A stretch of 39,949 bases of DNA from Anaerolineales bacterium (GCA_036741855.1 DAINRK010000001.1:1-39949); one strand, 5' to 3'. Counted from the stretch's first letter, positions 9,354 through 19,431 are shown. Notes: generated by a model from the letters alone, not told the origin. Translations and numbers: made by a program.

Positions 9354-12300
9354 ATGAATCGCGATAAATATTTCTGGCTTTATGATGTTTTATTTCTGCT
9401 TGTGCTTGCGCTGGCAGGCTATTTACGTTTAACAGGTGTGAATTGGGGTGAGGGACAGCACCAACATCCTGATGAAAATCATTTCACCAGCGTGCTTGAA
9501 AACCTGCGCGCACATAAATGCGCTGACCCAAATATCCCTATAGAAGCCTGCCCTGCAGAACAACAGCGCTGGATCAGCATCGGGGATTATTTTAACTCTG
9601 GTGCCTCCACGCTCAATCAATATAACCGCGGCTTCTCCTTTTATGTTTATGGCAACCTGCCAATGACTTTTACCCGCATCGCTGCTGAAGCCCTGGATCA
9701 AACAAATTTAAGGATATTTGGCCGTCAGGTCTCCGCGCTGGCAGACCTGTTTGCAATTTTTTTCCTGTACCTGATTGTCTCGCGGTTATATGGCCGCCAT
9801 GTGGGACTCCTTGCATCGTTATTCTCCGCACTCACAGTGATGCAGATCCAGCAGTCACATTTCTTCACAGTAGATTTGTTTGTAAATACATTTGCGTTTT
9901 TGGCGATTTACTTTGCAGTATTGATTTTGGATCATGGAGAGAAGAAATTAGAAACTGAAGAAATGACATTAAATGCCTTGCCAGGTGATGGTTCTGACGA
10001 GCCGACCGGCACTCCTCAACCTTCATTCACCAATTCATCAACTGTTTCAAGGAGCATATACCTTGTAAATCTCAAATTATTGGTTACCAATCCTCTTTTT
10101 CTCTACAGCCTCGGATTTGGTGTTGCATATGGCATGGCGCTGGCATGCAAGGTAAACATATATCCTTTAGCTATTCTTTTACCGGGCGCATTTGCTCTAC
10201 GCTACTTTATACGTAAAAAAGAAAATAAAGTTCAAGATGATGTCACCTTTGGCAATGGCAACTCAAGTAGTGTAAATACCAATTATTGGTTCCTCATCAT
10301 TGCCTGTCTCATGGCCGGTGGGCTTGCAGCTGCGATTTCCTTCCGTATCTTCCAGCCTTATGCCTTCGATGGGTTGTTGCCCAGTAAACAATGGACTGCA
10401 AACATCCAGGAACAACGTGCTCAGGCAAAGGGTGATGCCGACCTCCCGTGGAATCTACAGTGGGCGCGTCGCTCTCATCTCTTTTCATTCACAAACTTAA
10501 CGCTTTGGGGTCTTGGGCTTCCGCTTGGCATTCTCGCCTGGGCCGGCTTCCTTTACATGGGTTGGCGAATCCTCAAAGGCGAATGGCGTCACGCGTTGCT
10601 TTGGGGCTGGACAGCGGCTTATTTTATCTGGCAATCGCTTCAGTTCAACCCAACGATGCGTTATCAACTGCCTATCTATCCATTGCTGGCGATGATGGCT
10701 GCGTGGTTCGTGTTCGAGTTGGCAGGTTTAAACGTTCAAACGTTTAAACGATTTAATTTCTCAAAAGTTCTTGCGGGAACTGTTGGGATCCTTGTTATTG
10801 TTCTCACTGCCGCCTGGGCGTTTGCTTTCCAAAGTATTTATCTTCGCGACGAGCCGCGCATCGCGGCTTCACGCTGGATCTATCAGAATATTCCTGGCGC
10901 CATTAATTTGAAAATTCAAAGGTCAGATAGCTCCGTCTATAACCAGCCCTTACCTTTTCCGACTGGAGTTTTTATCCAGCCGGACGCACCTTACCAAACC
11001 ACTTTCATTCCCCAAAATGACGGCCTGCTAAAGGAAATTCTGCTCGCTCATGTTACAACTGTATCGGACCAGGTATCGTCTCCGTTGTATTTGACGGTAT
11101 GGCAAGACCTGAATGCTCCACAGCCACTTGCATCTGCTCTTACAGCAATGTCATCCGAGGATGGGTCAAATGGTATTTCTCAAGTGGCCAATTTCGATCA
11201 GTCCGCCATCCTTACAGCGAATCAAACTTATTATCTGAAATTGGAAACGAATAGTAATGAGGGAGCAGTGAATGTCTGTGGACCCCTGAATGTCTTGATT
11301 CAGGGTGTCGATCAAGCAACGGAACAAGTCATTGATCTGTCAGAACCATGTACCGTTGCCCCCGACAGTCCATATATAACAACTTTTGTTCCACAAACCA
11401 CAGGCACTCTCAATACGATTGCGGTAGAGCATGTTGCGAATGTAGATTTAACTTCGGTATCCAACCCTCACACCTTAAGTCTGTTTATTTCAGAGCAGCC
11501 AATTGCAACGCCTGATCAATCAATCGCAAGTGCTTCGTTGACAGAAAAGTTTGGGACCTCCAAGGACCCGCGTGGCGCTTCATATACCTTAACCCTCGAT
11601 CAGCCCATTGAAGTGAAACGCGGTACTCAATATTACCTTCAGCTTGAGGTCGATTCTGGTTTGCTTTCCATCATCGGCGCTTCCATCTCAAACGAAACAG
11701 ATTACGATTATGGGCTTCCTTTCCGCGTGGATAACTACGATGCATTTGGAGGAATCTATCGCGGAGACCTCAATCTGCAAGTCTATTGGGATGATAATGC
11801 CGAAAAACTAACCCGCTTTGTAACCACGCTCGACCAGACCGATTACATCTTAATTCCTACAAACCATCAGTACTCGCAGATCACGCGTTTGCCTGAACGG
11901 TATCCCCTCACCACTTTATATTACCGCGAACTCATGGGCTGCCCTGAAGACCAGGACATCATCGGATGTTACTACAATGCAAAACCAGGAGATTACAAGA
12001 GTAGGCTAGGATTCGATCTTGTCGCCGTGTTTGAAGATTATCCAACGCTTGGTTCAATTGTGATCAACGACCAGCCAGCAGAAGAAGCCTTCACGTTCTA
12101 CGATCATCCAAAGGTATTGATTTTCAAGAAGAATGAGAATTTCAATGCAGCAGAGGTAGAGTCTATTCTCAGCACTGTTGATCTAGCGAAGGTAGTTCGA
12201 CTCACCCCGCCTCAGTTTGATGATTATTCCAACCTGCTATTACCGGAAGATAAACTTGCACAACAGCGCGCAGGTGGAACATGGTCTCAGCTATTCAGCT

Positions 12301-14759
12301 ATGATTGGATCCAAAATCGTTATCCCATTGTGGGTCTCATCATTTGGTATCTTTTTATCTTTATCCTGGGGTTGGCAGTTTATCCACTGATACGACTGGC
12401 AATGCCTGGCCTTGCAGATAAGGGGTACCCCCTCGGCCGCGCGCTGGGATTGGTTCTGTTTGGCTATCTCGCATGGATGGCAGGGTCAGTCGGTGTTCCG
12501 TACACACGCGCTACGATAGCAGGTACATTCAGTGTGATACTCATTGCAGGAGTTTTGCTGGCACGTTATCAAAGTGAAGAGTTGCGCGAAGAATGGAGAA
12601 ACAATCGTAAGTACTTTCTAATGACAGAAGGGCTGTTCCTTGCCTTTTTCCTGATCGATTTATTAATCCGCTTCGGCAATTCTGATATGTGGCATCCCGC
12701 CAAAGGCGGCGAACGCCCCATGGATTTCTCCTATTTCAACGCCATCCTCAAAAGCACTTCTTTCCCTCCATATGATCCCTGGTTTGAAGGTGGTTATATC
12801 AACTACTACTATTACGGTTTTGTGTTGGTCGCCACGCCAGTGAAATTGCTAGGCATCGTACCGACAATTGCATACAACTTCATCCTGCCTGCATTGTTTG
12901 CGATTGTTGGGATCAGCGCATTCTCTGTCGGATGGAATCTTCTCGCAAAAGATGAAGCGGAAAGCAAAGCAGCGGACGATTTAGGCAGGACTCCTCGTCC
13001 TTCGGCATTTGTTGCCGGCATCTCTGCTTCGTTCCTCACTATTCTCCTCGGCAATCTCGGTACTATTCAACTCCTTTATCAAAGGCTGCAACAACTTGGC
13101 GCGCTTGACGCCTTCAATTCGGATGCAACGATTCTCCAACGCTGGAAATGGGCATTTGACGGTTTCCTCTTGACTCTTAAGGGTGCCTCGCTTCCCATCG
13201 GATTTGGAGACTGGTACTGGTTTCCAAGCCGAGTCATCCCTCCCGGCCCCGGAAACGAGATCACCGAGTTCCCACTCTTTACCTTCCTCTACAGTGACTT
13301 GCACGCGCATATGATCGCCATGCCGCTGGCATTGCTCGCTTTGAGTTGGGCACTGGCTGTGCTGGCTGGGCGCGCCAAATGGCGGAATCCACTAGCAGCG
13401 GGGTTGGGATTCGCGCTCGGTGGTCTGGTGATCGGTGCGCTGTACCCCACCAACCTATCAGATATTTACACATTCCTGCCAATTGGACTTGCAGCAGTCG
13501 GATATGCCATCTGGCGATACACATCTGAAGAATCTATCGTAAAACGTATCTTATTAATTATTGGAGCATTGGCTGCATTAACGATTTTATCTTTTGTTTT
13601 ATATCAACCTTATCGAGATTCATACAGCCAGGCATACAGCGCGCTCGATCCATGGAAGGGTCCATATACTCCGATTTGGTCCTATCTCACGCACTGGACA
13701 GTTTTCCTCTTTATTGTTACATCCTGGATGGCTTGGGAAACGCGTGAATGGATGGCAGCAACTCCAGTTTCAGCGCTGAGAAAACTTAAGCCCTATCTGC
13801 CAGTAATCTGGGGCGCACTCATTGTATTTGTGATAAGCCTGTTTGCACTTCAATTCCAGCATCTTGGAGCAGAGGTTGAATACAAAGGAACAAGCGTCGG
13901 CTGGATTGCCCTGCCCCTTGCAGCGTGGGCAGGTGTATTGTTATTGCGTCCAAACCTGCCTGATGCAAAGCGATTTGTATTGTTCCTGATCGGCACGGCA
14001 CTACTCATTACAATCGTTGTAGATGTTGTGGTTGTACGAGGTGATATTGGACGAGCAAACACGATATTCAAATTCTACCTACAGGCATGGATACTACTGG
14101 CCGTCAGCGGTGGCGCCGCCATCGCCTGGACACTGCCGGCCTTCTTCACCTGGCTCCCCGGCTGGCGAGTTTTCTGGCAGACAGCGATGATTTTGCTCAT
14201 TGCTGGTGCGGCGTCATTTACTGCAAGTGGCACAGCAGGCAAAATACGTGACCGTTGGATTGTTGAAGCACCGCGAACTCTCGACTCGATCACCTTCATG
14301 AAATATGCACAATACGATGACTTCGGTCAACGCCTGGACTTGAGCGAAGATTACCGCGCCATTCGCTGGATGCAGGATAACGTGAAAGGTTCACCGGTGA
14401 TCGTCGAAGCCAATTGCCCTGAATATCGTTGGTGCACACGTTATACGATCTACACAGGTTTACCAGGAGTTGTTGGCTGGAATTTCCATCAACGTCAGCA
14501 ACGCGCCTTTACTTCCACCTGGGTAGAGGCCCGCGTTGCAGAGGTCACCAATTTCTATTCAACGCTTGATATTGAATACGCGCGTGACTTTCTTAAACAA
14601 CATGATATACGCTATATCATCGTGGGTCAGTTGGAACGCGCGGAATATAAATCGGAAGATCCGGTCAACGGGCTTTCCAAGTTTGAGGAATATGATGGAA
14701 CCTACTGGAATGCGGTATACCGTGATGGCAGTACGGTCATCTATGAGGTGACACCTTGA
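9354..14759 (+). CDS. Fusion protein: GT39/PMT_2-like domain + duplicated beta-rich extracellular modules + DUF2298 (Chlor_Arch_YYY) domain
   Basis: N-terminal HPDE after TM1 and IQQSHFFTVD. C-terminal GGERPMD, PPYDPWFEGGYINYYYYG, EFPLFTFLYSDLHAH, NTIFKFYLQAW, YTGLPGVVGW. Confidence 0.88.
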   Translation: MNRDKYFWLYDVLFLLVLALAGYLRLTGVNWGEGQHQHPDENHFTSVLENLRAHKCADPNIPIEACPAEQQRWISIGDYFNSGASTLNQYNRGFSFYVYGNLPMTFTRIAAEALDQTNLRIFGRQVSALADLFAIFFLYLIVSRLYGRHVGLLASLFSALTVMQIQQSHFFTVDLFVNTFAFLAIYFAVLILDHGEKKLETEEMTLNALPGDGSDEPTGTPQPSFTNSSTVSRSIYLVNLKLLVTNPLFLYSLGFGVAYGMALACKVNIYPLAILLPGAFALRYFIRKKENKVQDDVTFGNGNSSSVNTNYWFLIIACLMAGGLAAAISFRIFQPYAFDGLLPSKQWTANIQEQRAQAKGDADLPWNLQWARRSHLFSFTNLTLWGLGLPLGILAWAGFLYMGWRILKGEWRHALLWGWTAAYFIWQSLQFNPTMRYQLPIYPLLAMMAAWFVFELAGLNVQTFKRFNFSKVLAGTVGILVIVLTAAWAFAFQSIYLRDEPRIAASRWIYQNIPGAINLKIQRSDSSVYNQPLPFPTGVFIQPDAPYQTTFIPQNDGLLKEILLAHVTTVSDQVSSPLYLTVWQDLNAPQPLASALTAMSSEDGSNGISQVANFDQSAILTANQTYYLKLETNSNEGAVNVCGPLNVLIQGVDQATEQVIDLSEPCTVAPDSPYITTFVPQTTGTLNTIAVEHVANVDLTSVSNPHTLSLFISEQPIATPDQSIASASLTEKFGTSKDPRGASYTLTLDQPIEVKRGTQYYLQLEVDSGLLSIIGASISNETDYDYGLPFRVDNYDAFGGIYRGDLNLQVYWDDNAEKLTRFVTTLDQTDYILIPTNHQYSQITRLPERYPLTTLYYRELMGCPEDQDIIGCYYNAKPGDYKSRLGFDLVAVFEDYPTLGSIVINDQPAEEAFTFYDHPKVLIFKKNENFNAAEVESILSTVDLAKVVRLTPPQFDDYSNLLLPEDKLAQQRAGGTWSQLFSYDWIQNRYPIVGLIIWYLFIFILGLAVYPLIRLAMPGLADKGYPLGRALGLVLFGYLAWMAGSVGVPYTRATIAGTFSVILIAGVLLARYQSEELREEWRNNRKYFLMTEGLFLAFFLIDLLIRFGNSDMWHPAKGGERPMDFSYFNAILKSTSFPPYDPWFEGGYINYYYYGFVLVATPVKLLGIVPTIAYNFILPALFAIVGISAFSVGWNLLAKDEAESKAADDLGRTPRPSAFVAGISASFLTILLGNLGTIQLLYQRLQQLGALDAFNSDATILQRWKWAFDGFLLTLKGASLPIGFGDWYWFPSRVIPPGPGNEITEFPLFTFLYSDLHAHMIAMPLALLALSWALAVLAGRAKWRNPLAAGLGFALGGLVIGALYPTNLSDIYTFLPIGLAAVGYAIWRYTSEESIVKRILLIIGALAALTILSFVLYQPYRDSYSQAYSALDPWKGPYTPIWSYLTHWTVFLFIVTSWMAWETREWMAATPVSALRKLKPYLPVIWGALIVFVISLFALQFQHLGAEVEYKGTSVGWIALPLAAWAGVLLLRPNLPDAKRFVLFLIGTALLITIVVDVVVVRGDIGRANTIFKFYLQAWILLAVSGGAAIAWTLPAFFTWLPGWRVFWQTAMILLIAGAASFTASGTAGKIRDRWIVEAPRTLDSITFMKYAQYDDFGQRLDLSEDYRAIRWMQDNVKGSPVIVEANCPEYRWCTRYTIYTGLPGVVGWNFHQRQQRAFTSTWVEARVAEVTNFYSTLDIEYARDFLKQHDIRYIIVGQLERAEYKSEDPVNGLSKFEEYDGTYWNAVYRDGSTVIYEVTP

Positions 14760-15115
14760 TCTTCCATATCACGTCCAGGACTGCATGGGAAGATGCGCAG
14801 AAGCATGGTGACTATCGCGCCGAAAGCCTGGAAACGGAAGGATTCATCCATTGCTCGACTCATTCACAGGTCTTGCCGGTAGCAGAAAATTATTACAAAG
14901 GACAAAGTGGACTCATCCTCCTTGCCATTGAACCAACGCTTCTTTCCTCCGCCTTAAAATGGGAGCCACCCTCCGGCGGAACTCCACCTCCGGGCGTGCC
15001 GGATGGGGATTCATTCCCACATATTTATGGGCCAATCAATTTGAATGCCGTGATCAAAGTCATTGACTTCGAACCAGGCCCCAATGGCACATTCACCATT
15101 CCTGCCAACCTGTAA
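14756..15115 (+). CDS. DUF952 domain protein
   Basis: IFHIT...SLETEGFIHCS...FPHIYGPIN family signature; TTG start overlaps the upstream stop. Confidence 0.9.
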   Translation: MIFHITSRTAWEDAQKHGDYRAESLETEGFIHCSTHSQVLPVAENYYKGQSGLILLAIEPTLLSSALKWEPPSGGTPPPGVPDGDSFPHIYGPINLNAVIKVIDFEPGPNGTFTIPANL

Positions 15116-15155
15116 CTCATAATTTGTAACCGAAATTCGTTTTCGTCAAATCGAA

Positions 15156-17573
15156 ATGCTTTCCTTCCTCTCCTGGTATCTCCTCATCACCTTCCTTGGC
15201 TGGCTAACTTTTCCGTTGGCCTATTATCTCTTCCCCGCGTTGAATGATCGTGGCTATACTCTTTCGCGCGCGTTTGGCCTGTTAGTCTGGGGATATATAT
15301 TCTGGCTTTTTGCATCGCTTGGCATCGCACAAAATGATATTGGCGGGTTGTTATTGGGACTCATCATCTTAGGGGGATTAGGCATTTGGGCATTCATAAA
15401 GTGCCAATCTGAAATCCGAGATTGGCTGAGTCGGAATCGTCGACTGATGCTCACAACTGAGAGTTTCTTCCTCATCGCTTTTGCTCTCATGGCTTTTGTC
15501 CGTGCCAACAATCCAGAAATTACCACCGCAGGTGGCGAAAAGTGGATGGAAACCGCCTTCATCAATGCGATTTTACAGTCGCCAACATTTCCACCTCATG
15601 ACCCCTGGCTTTCAGGCTTTGCTATTTCCTACTACCATTTTGGCTATGTAATGACATCCATGCTGGCGAAATTTACGGCTACACCAACTGGCATCGCGCA
15701 TAATTTGATGCTTTCCCTCATTTTTAGTTTGAGCGCCATGGGTGCATACGGACTGCTATACAATTTTTTAACGGCTTATAATCAATTAAAGGGCAAGGAA
15801 CAAGAAAGAGGGATTTCATCTATACCGGCTGCATTATTTGGTCCCTTGTTTTTATTGATCGTCAGCAATCTCGAAGGCTTCTTTGAGTCCCTGCATCGGA
15901 AAGGGATTGGCTGGACATTTAATGCAGATGGCACTGCTACCTCACCGTTTTGGACATGGCTTGATTTGCAAGAACTGACCCGGCCACCCATACAACCATT
16001 ACAGTGGGCACCGGATCAATTCTTCTGGTGGTGGCGCGCTTCGCGCGTAATACAAGATTATGATTTGAATCATGCCCCGCTAGAGATCATCGATGAGTTT
16101 CCCTTCTTCTCGTATTTGCTTGGAGATTTGCATCCGCATGTGCTGGCAATGCCATTCAATTTGCTGGCGATTGCTGTTGCCCTGAATCTGTTCCTCGGCG
16201 GATGGCGCGGCACAATAAATCTCTTCTTTGGCGAGCTTAGGATCAACAAGACAGGTTTTTTCACAGCAGCACTTGTTTTGGGTGGACTGGCTTTTCTCAA
16301 TACATGGGATATTCTGCTTGGCGCGGCCCTGATTGTTTTCAGCTACGCGTTGGCTCAGGTCCGGGAGGCAGGCTGGAGTTGGGAAAGAGTTGAAGATATC
16401 CTGCTGTTGGGGATCCCGTTAGTCATTACGGCGTTTGTGCTTTACATTCCATTTTATGTTGGTTTCGATTCACAGGCAGGCGGCGTTCTGCCGAGTTTCA
16501 TGTACCCAACACGTGGAGCTCACCTATGGGTCGTGTGGGGTACCCTCTTTATTCCATTGTTCGCGTATTTGATCTATTTGCGGCAAAGCAAAACCTCTGC
16601 AGACTGGCGGGCAGGCTTTATGACCACGCTGGTCATTTTGATCGTATTGCTCGCAGCAATGTTCGTTGTTGGCTTTATTGCATTGAAGTTTAAACCTGAG
16701 CTCATAAACCAGGTACTGGCATCACAGCAGCGTGACATAGCTGCATTCATTCGTGATAGTATGGCACGCAGATTAAGTTATATCGGTGGTCTTCTTACCT
16801 TGCTCGCGTTACTGATCCCATCACTCTCATTTCTGTTCAGATCAGAAAACAATTTTGCGTCATTTATTCTTTTGATGTTATCTCTTGGTGTGCTCCTGAT
16901 CCTTGGTCCTGATTTTCTATACTTGCGCGATAATTTTGGTTACCGAATCAACACTATTTTTAAGTTCTACTATCAAGCCTGGATACTATTATCTTTGGCA
17001 GCAGCCTTTGGGGTAGCAGTGTTATCCTCAGAGCTACGCGGAGTGGCTTCGGCGCTTTTCACAGCCGGATTAGTCATTGTAATTGGTACTGGATTGGTAT
17101 ATCCGCTGTTCAGTTTGCAAAGCAAAACCGATAATTTTAAGGCTGAACATCCTGAACAGCGCACGCTGGATGGTACGGCTTATCTTGCTAACATAATGCC
17201 CGATGATTACCAGGCTTTTCAAGTTATGAAACAGGTTAAACCGGGTGTGATTGCAGAAGCAGTGGGCGGGCAGTATACTGAGTACGCTCGGTTTTCGACC
17301 TTTACAGGTCTCCCAACTGTTCTGGGCTGGCCCGGACATGAGGGACAATGGCGTGACCAGGCTCTGCAAGGCTCACGAAGAGATGATATCCAGACGCTCT
17401 ATACAACTTCAGATTGGACAACAGCACAGCAGATCATCGATCGTTATAACATTCGTTACATTGTGGTTGGGAATCTCGAGCGCAACACCTATCCGGTCAA
17501 TGAAGAGAAATTCAGCCGATTTCTCAAACCTTTCCTTCAGAAAGGCAATCTGGTAATTTACGAAGTGCCATGA
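15156..17573 (+). CDS. DUF2298 (Chlor_Arch_YYY) membrane protein
   Basis: GGEKWME, PPHDPWLSGFAISYYHFG, EFPFFSYLLGDLHPH, RINTIFKFYYQAW, TGLPTVLGWPGHE. Confidence 0.9.
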   Translation: MLSFLSWYLLITFLGWLTFPLAYYLFPALNDRGYTLSRAFGLLVWGYIFWLFASLGIAQNDIGGLLLGLIILGGLGIWAFIKCQSEIRDWLSRNRRLMLTTESFFLIAFALMAFVRANNPEITTAGGEKWMETAFINAILQSPTFPPHDPWLSGFAISYYHFGYVMTSMLAKFTATPTGIAHNLMLSLIFSLSAMGAYGLLYNFLTAYNQLKGKEQERGISSIPAALFGPLFLLIVSNLEGFFESLHRKGIGWTFNADGTATSPFWTWLDLQELTRPPIQPLQWAPDQFFWWWRASRVIQDYDLNHAPLEIIDEFPFFSYLLGDLHPHVLAMPFNLLAIAVALNLFLGGWRGTINLFFGELRINKTGFFTAALVLGGLAFLNTWDILLGAALIVFSYALAQVREAGWSWERVEDILLLGIPLVITAFVLYIPFYVGFDSQAGGVLPSFMYPTRGAHLWVVWGTLFIPLFAYLIYLRQSKTSADWRAGFMTTLVILIVLLAAMFVVGFIALKFKPELINQVLASQQRDIAAFIRDSMARRLSYIGGLLTLLALLIPSLSFLFRSENNFASFILLMLSLGVLLILGPDFLYLRDNFGYRINTIFKFYYQAWILLSLAAAFGVAVLSSELRGVASALFTAGLVIVIGTGLVYPLFSLQSKTDNFKAEHPEQRTLDGTAYLANIMPDDYQAFQVMKQVKPGVIAEAVGGQYTEYARFSTFTGLPTVLGWPGHEGQWRDQALQGSRRDDIQTLYTTSDWTTAQQIIDRYNIRYIVVGNLERNTYPVNEEKFSRFLKPFLQKGNLVIYEVP

Positions 17574-17577
17574 TCGC

Positions 17578-17625
17578 ACGTCATTACGAGGAGTGACGCC
17601 TTGACGCCACTCCCCGTAATGACGT
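17578..17625. repeat. Palindromic REP-like element (GTCATTRCGAG family)
   Basis: ACGTCATTACG(17578-17588)/CGTAATGACGT(17615-17625) perfect IR, plus a 10-bp inner stem with two A-C mismatches. Confidence 0.7.
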
Positions 17626-17649
17626 AATGCCGTAGGGTAAAATACCATT

Positions 17650-19380
17650 ATGAATTCTTCTCGACTCAAAAACGAAGGCTGGCTGTATTGGCTGGCCTTT
17701 CTTCTCGCCCTGGGCCTTCGATACATCCAACTTGGGGCAAGTCCTCTAAACGACTCTGAAGCAAATCTGGCTTTGCAGGCCCTGCACATCGCGCAAGGCA
17801 AGAGTCCCTTGCTTGATTCTCAGCCTGCATACATTCTCTTTACCAGCATACTCTTTGCGATCATTGAAAGCACCAACTTTATGGCGCGCTTCGTCCCAGC
17901 GTTGGTTGGGAGCACGCTCGTTTTTGTTCCTTATTTCTTTCGCGAAAAGATCAACACGCGCCCCGCGTTGATTCTGTCCTTCCTCTTTGCATTCGATCCC
18001 GGACTCGTCTCTCTCTCGCGTCAGGCCAGTGGAACTATTCTGACAGTGACCTTTCTCCTATTTGCCTGGGGGATGTGGATCAATCGCCGCGCCATCGCCG
18101 CTGGAATTTTCGCGGGCCTGGCGCTTCTATCCGGTACCTCGCTTTGGGCCGGCATTCTTGCGCTCGCGCTTACTCGACTTTTTACACAAGGAATGCAATC
18201 AAGAAATACCGATGACCAGTTACCAATAACGGATAAATTAGAAACCCCAAAAACCGAATTGCGTCTAACCCTTACAGCCCTCGTCATTACTCTCCTCTTC
18301 GGTGGCACGCTTTTCTTCCTTTCTCCTAACGGATTCAGTGCATGGCTTTCATCACTGCCTGAATATCTCTCGGGCTGGGTCTCACCTTCAGTGATGACCC
18401 CGGGACGGATGCTGCTGGTCTTCCTTGTTTATGAACCATTGGGAATTTTCATTGGCGCGCTTTCGATCATTCGCGGCCTTCGGACAAAAAGTGAACTTAT
18501 CAATCGCTTGAGCCTTTGGCTTGCTGTCTCATTGCTGCTTGGGATATTTTATCGACAGGCTGCTGAACTTGTGTGGGTTATCCTCCCATTGCTCGCGCTG
18601 ACTGCACTGGAACTCTCACGCAGTATCAACATCCGCGCTGAGGAACGTGTGGAGGTTGGCGTAGTAGTAATGGCGGTGCTTATCCTGCTGATATATATCT
18701 GGTTTAACATTTCCAATATTGCTGTCAATCCATATGCCCAGATTCCGGCTGTGATGCCGATCTTTGGTGAGGTCCAAAACCCGCGCTACCTAATCTTGTA
18801 TGGCGCGTCAGCTATTCTGATTGTATGTATTCTGATGGTGGGGTTTGGATGGTCGCCGCGTACTGCAAGGCTGGGTACGGTATGGTCTTTTACGATATTC
18901 CTCAGTGTTTACAGCCTTGCAACGGCCTGGGGCGCAAGCGGATTAAGAAACCCAACCGGCGTGGAATTATGGTCGCCAGACCCAAAGCCTTTGCATGCTG
19001 ATTTGCTTCTAGCCAGTGTGAACGATATCTCTGAATTCAGTCTTGGTCATATAAACTCTCAGCCTGTGACCATTTTGGGGATCAATTCACCCGCACTGGA
19101 GTGGGTCTTGCGAAATCATGCCGTGGAAGTTGTTTCCGCGCTTGACCCCCAGGTCGCGCCACCGCTTGTTATCACACCACAAATGGATAACTTAAACCTG
19201 CCATCCGCTTATCGCGGGCAGGATTTCACCTGGAGACAAACACCACTCTGGAATCAAATCCGCAACCCGGATTGGTGGAGCTGGGTGGTCTATCGTCAAC
19301 TGCCGCGGGAAAATGAAACCATCATTCTATGGGCGCGCGATGATCTGTTCCCGGATGCCCGCGAGAATGTGCAACCATGA
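17650..19380 (+). CDS. Polytopic membrane protein, GT-C-like (TIGR03663/Agl23-like)
   Basis: LRYIQLGASPLNDSEA acidic loop after TM1, ARFVPALVG, DPGLVSLSR; about 13 TM segments and a C-terminal soluble domain with YRGQDF. Confidence 0.7.
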   Translation: MNSSRLKNEGWLYWLAFLLALGLRYIQLGASPLNDSEANLALQALHIAQGKSPLLDSQPAYILFTSILFAIIESTNFMARFVPALVGSTLVFVPYFFREKINTRPALILSFLFAFDPGLVSLSRQASGTILTVTFLLFAWGMWINRRAIAAGIFAGLALLSGTSLWAGILALALTRLFTQGMQSRNTDDQLPITDKLETPKTELRLTLTALVITLLFGGTLFFLSPNGFSAWLSSLPEYLSGWVSPSVMTPGRMLLVFLVYEPLGIFIGALSIIRGLRTKSELINRLSLWLAVSLLLGIFYRQAAELVWVILPLLALTALELSRSINIRAEERVEVGVVVMAVLILLIYIWFNISNIAVNPYAQIPAVMPIFGEVQNPRYLILYGASAILIVCILMVGFGWSPRTARLGTVWSFTIFLSVYSLATAWGASGLRNPTGVELWSPDPKPLHADLLLASVNDISEFSLGHINSQPVTILGINSPALEWVLRNHAVEVVSALDPQVAPPLVITPQMDNLNLPSAYRGQDFTWRQTPLWNQIRNPDWWSWVVYRQLPRENETIILWARDDLFPDARENVQP

Positions 19381-19431
19381 TCCTGGGATTAAATTGCTCC
19401 CGGTATCTTCACAAGGCGGGATAATAATCTA

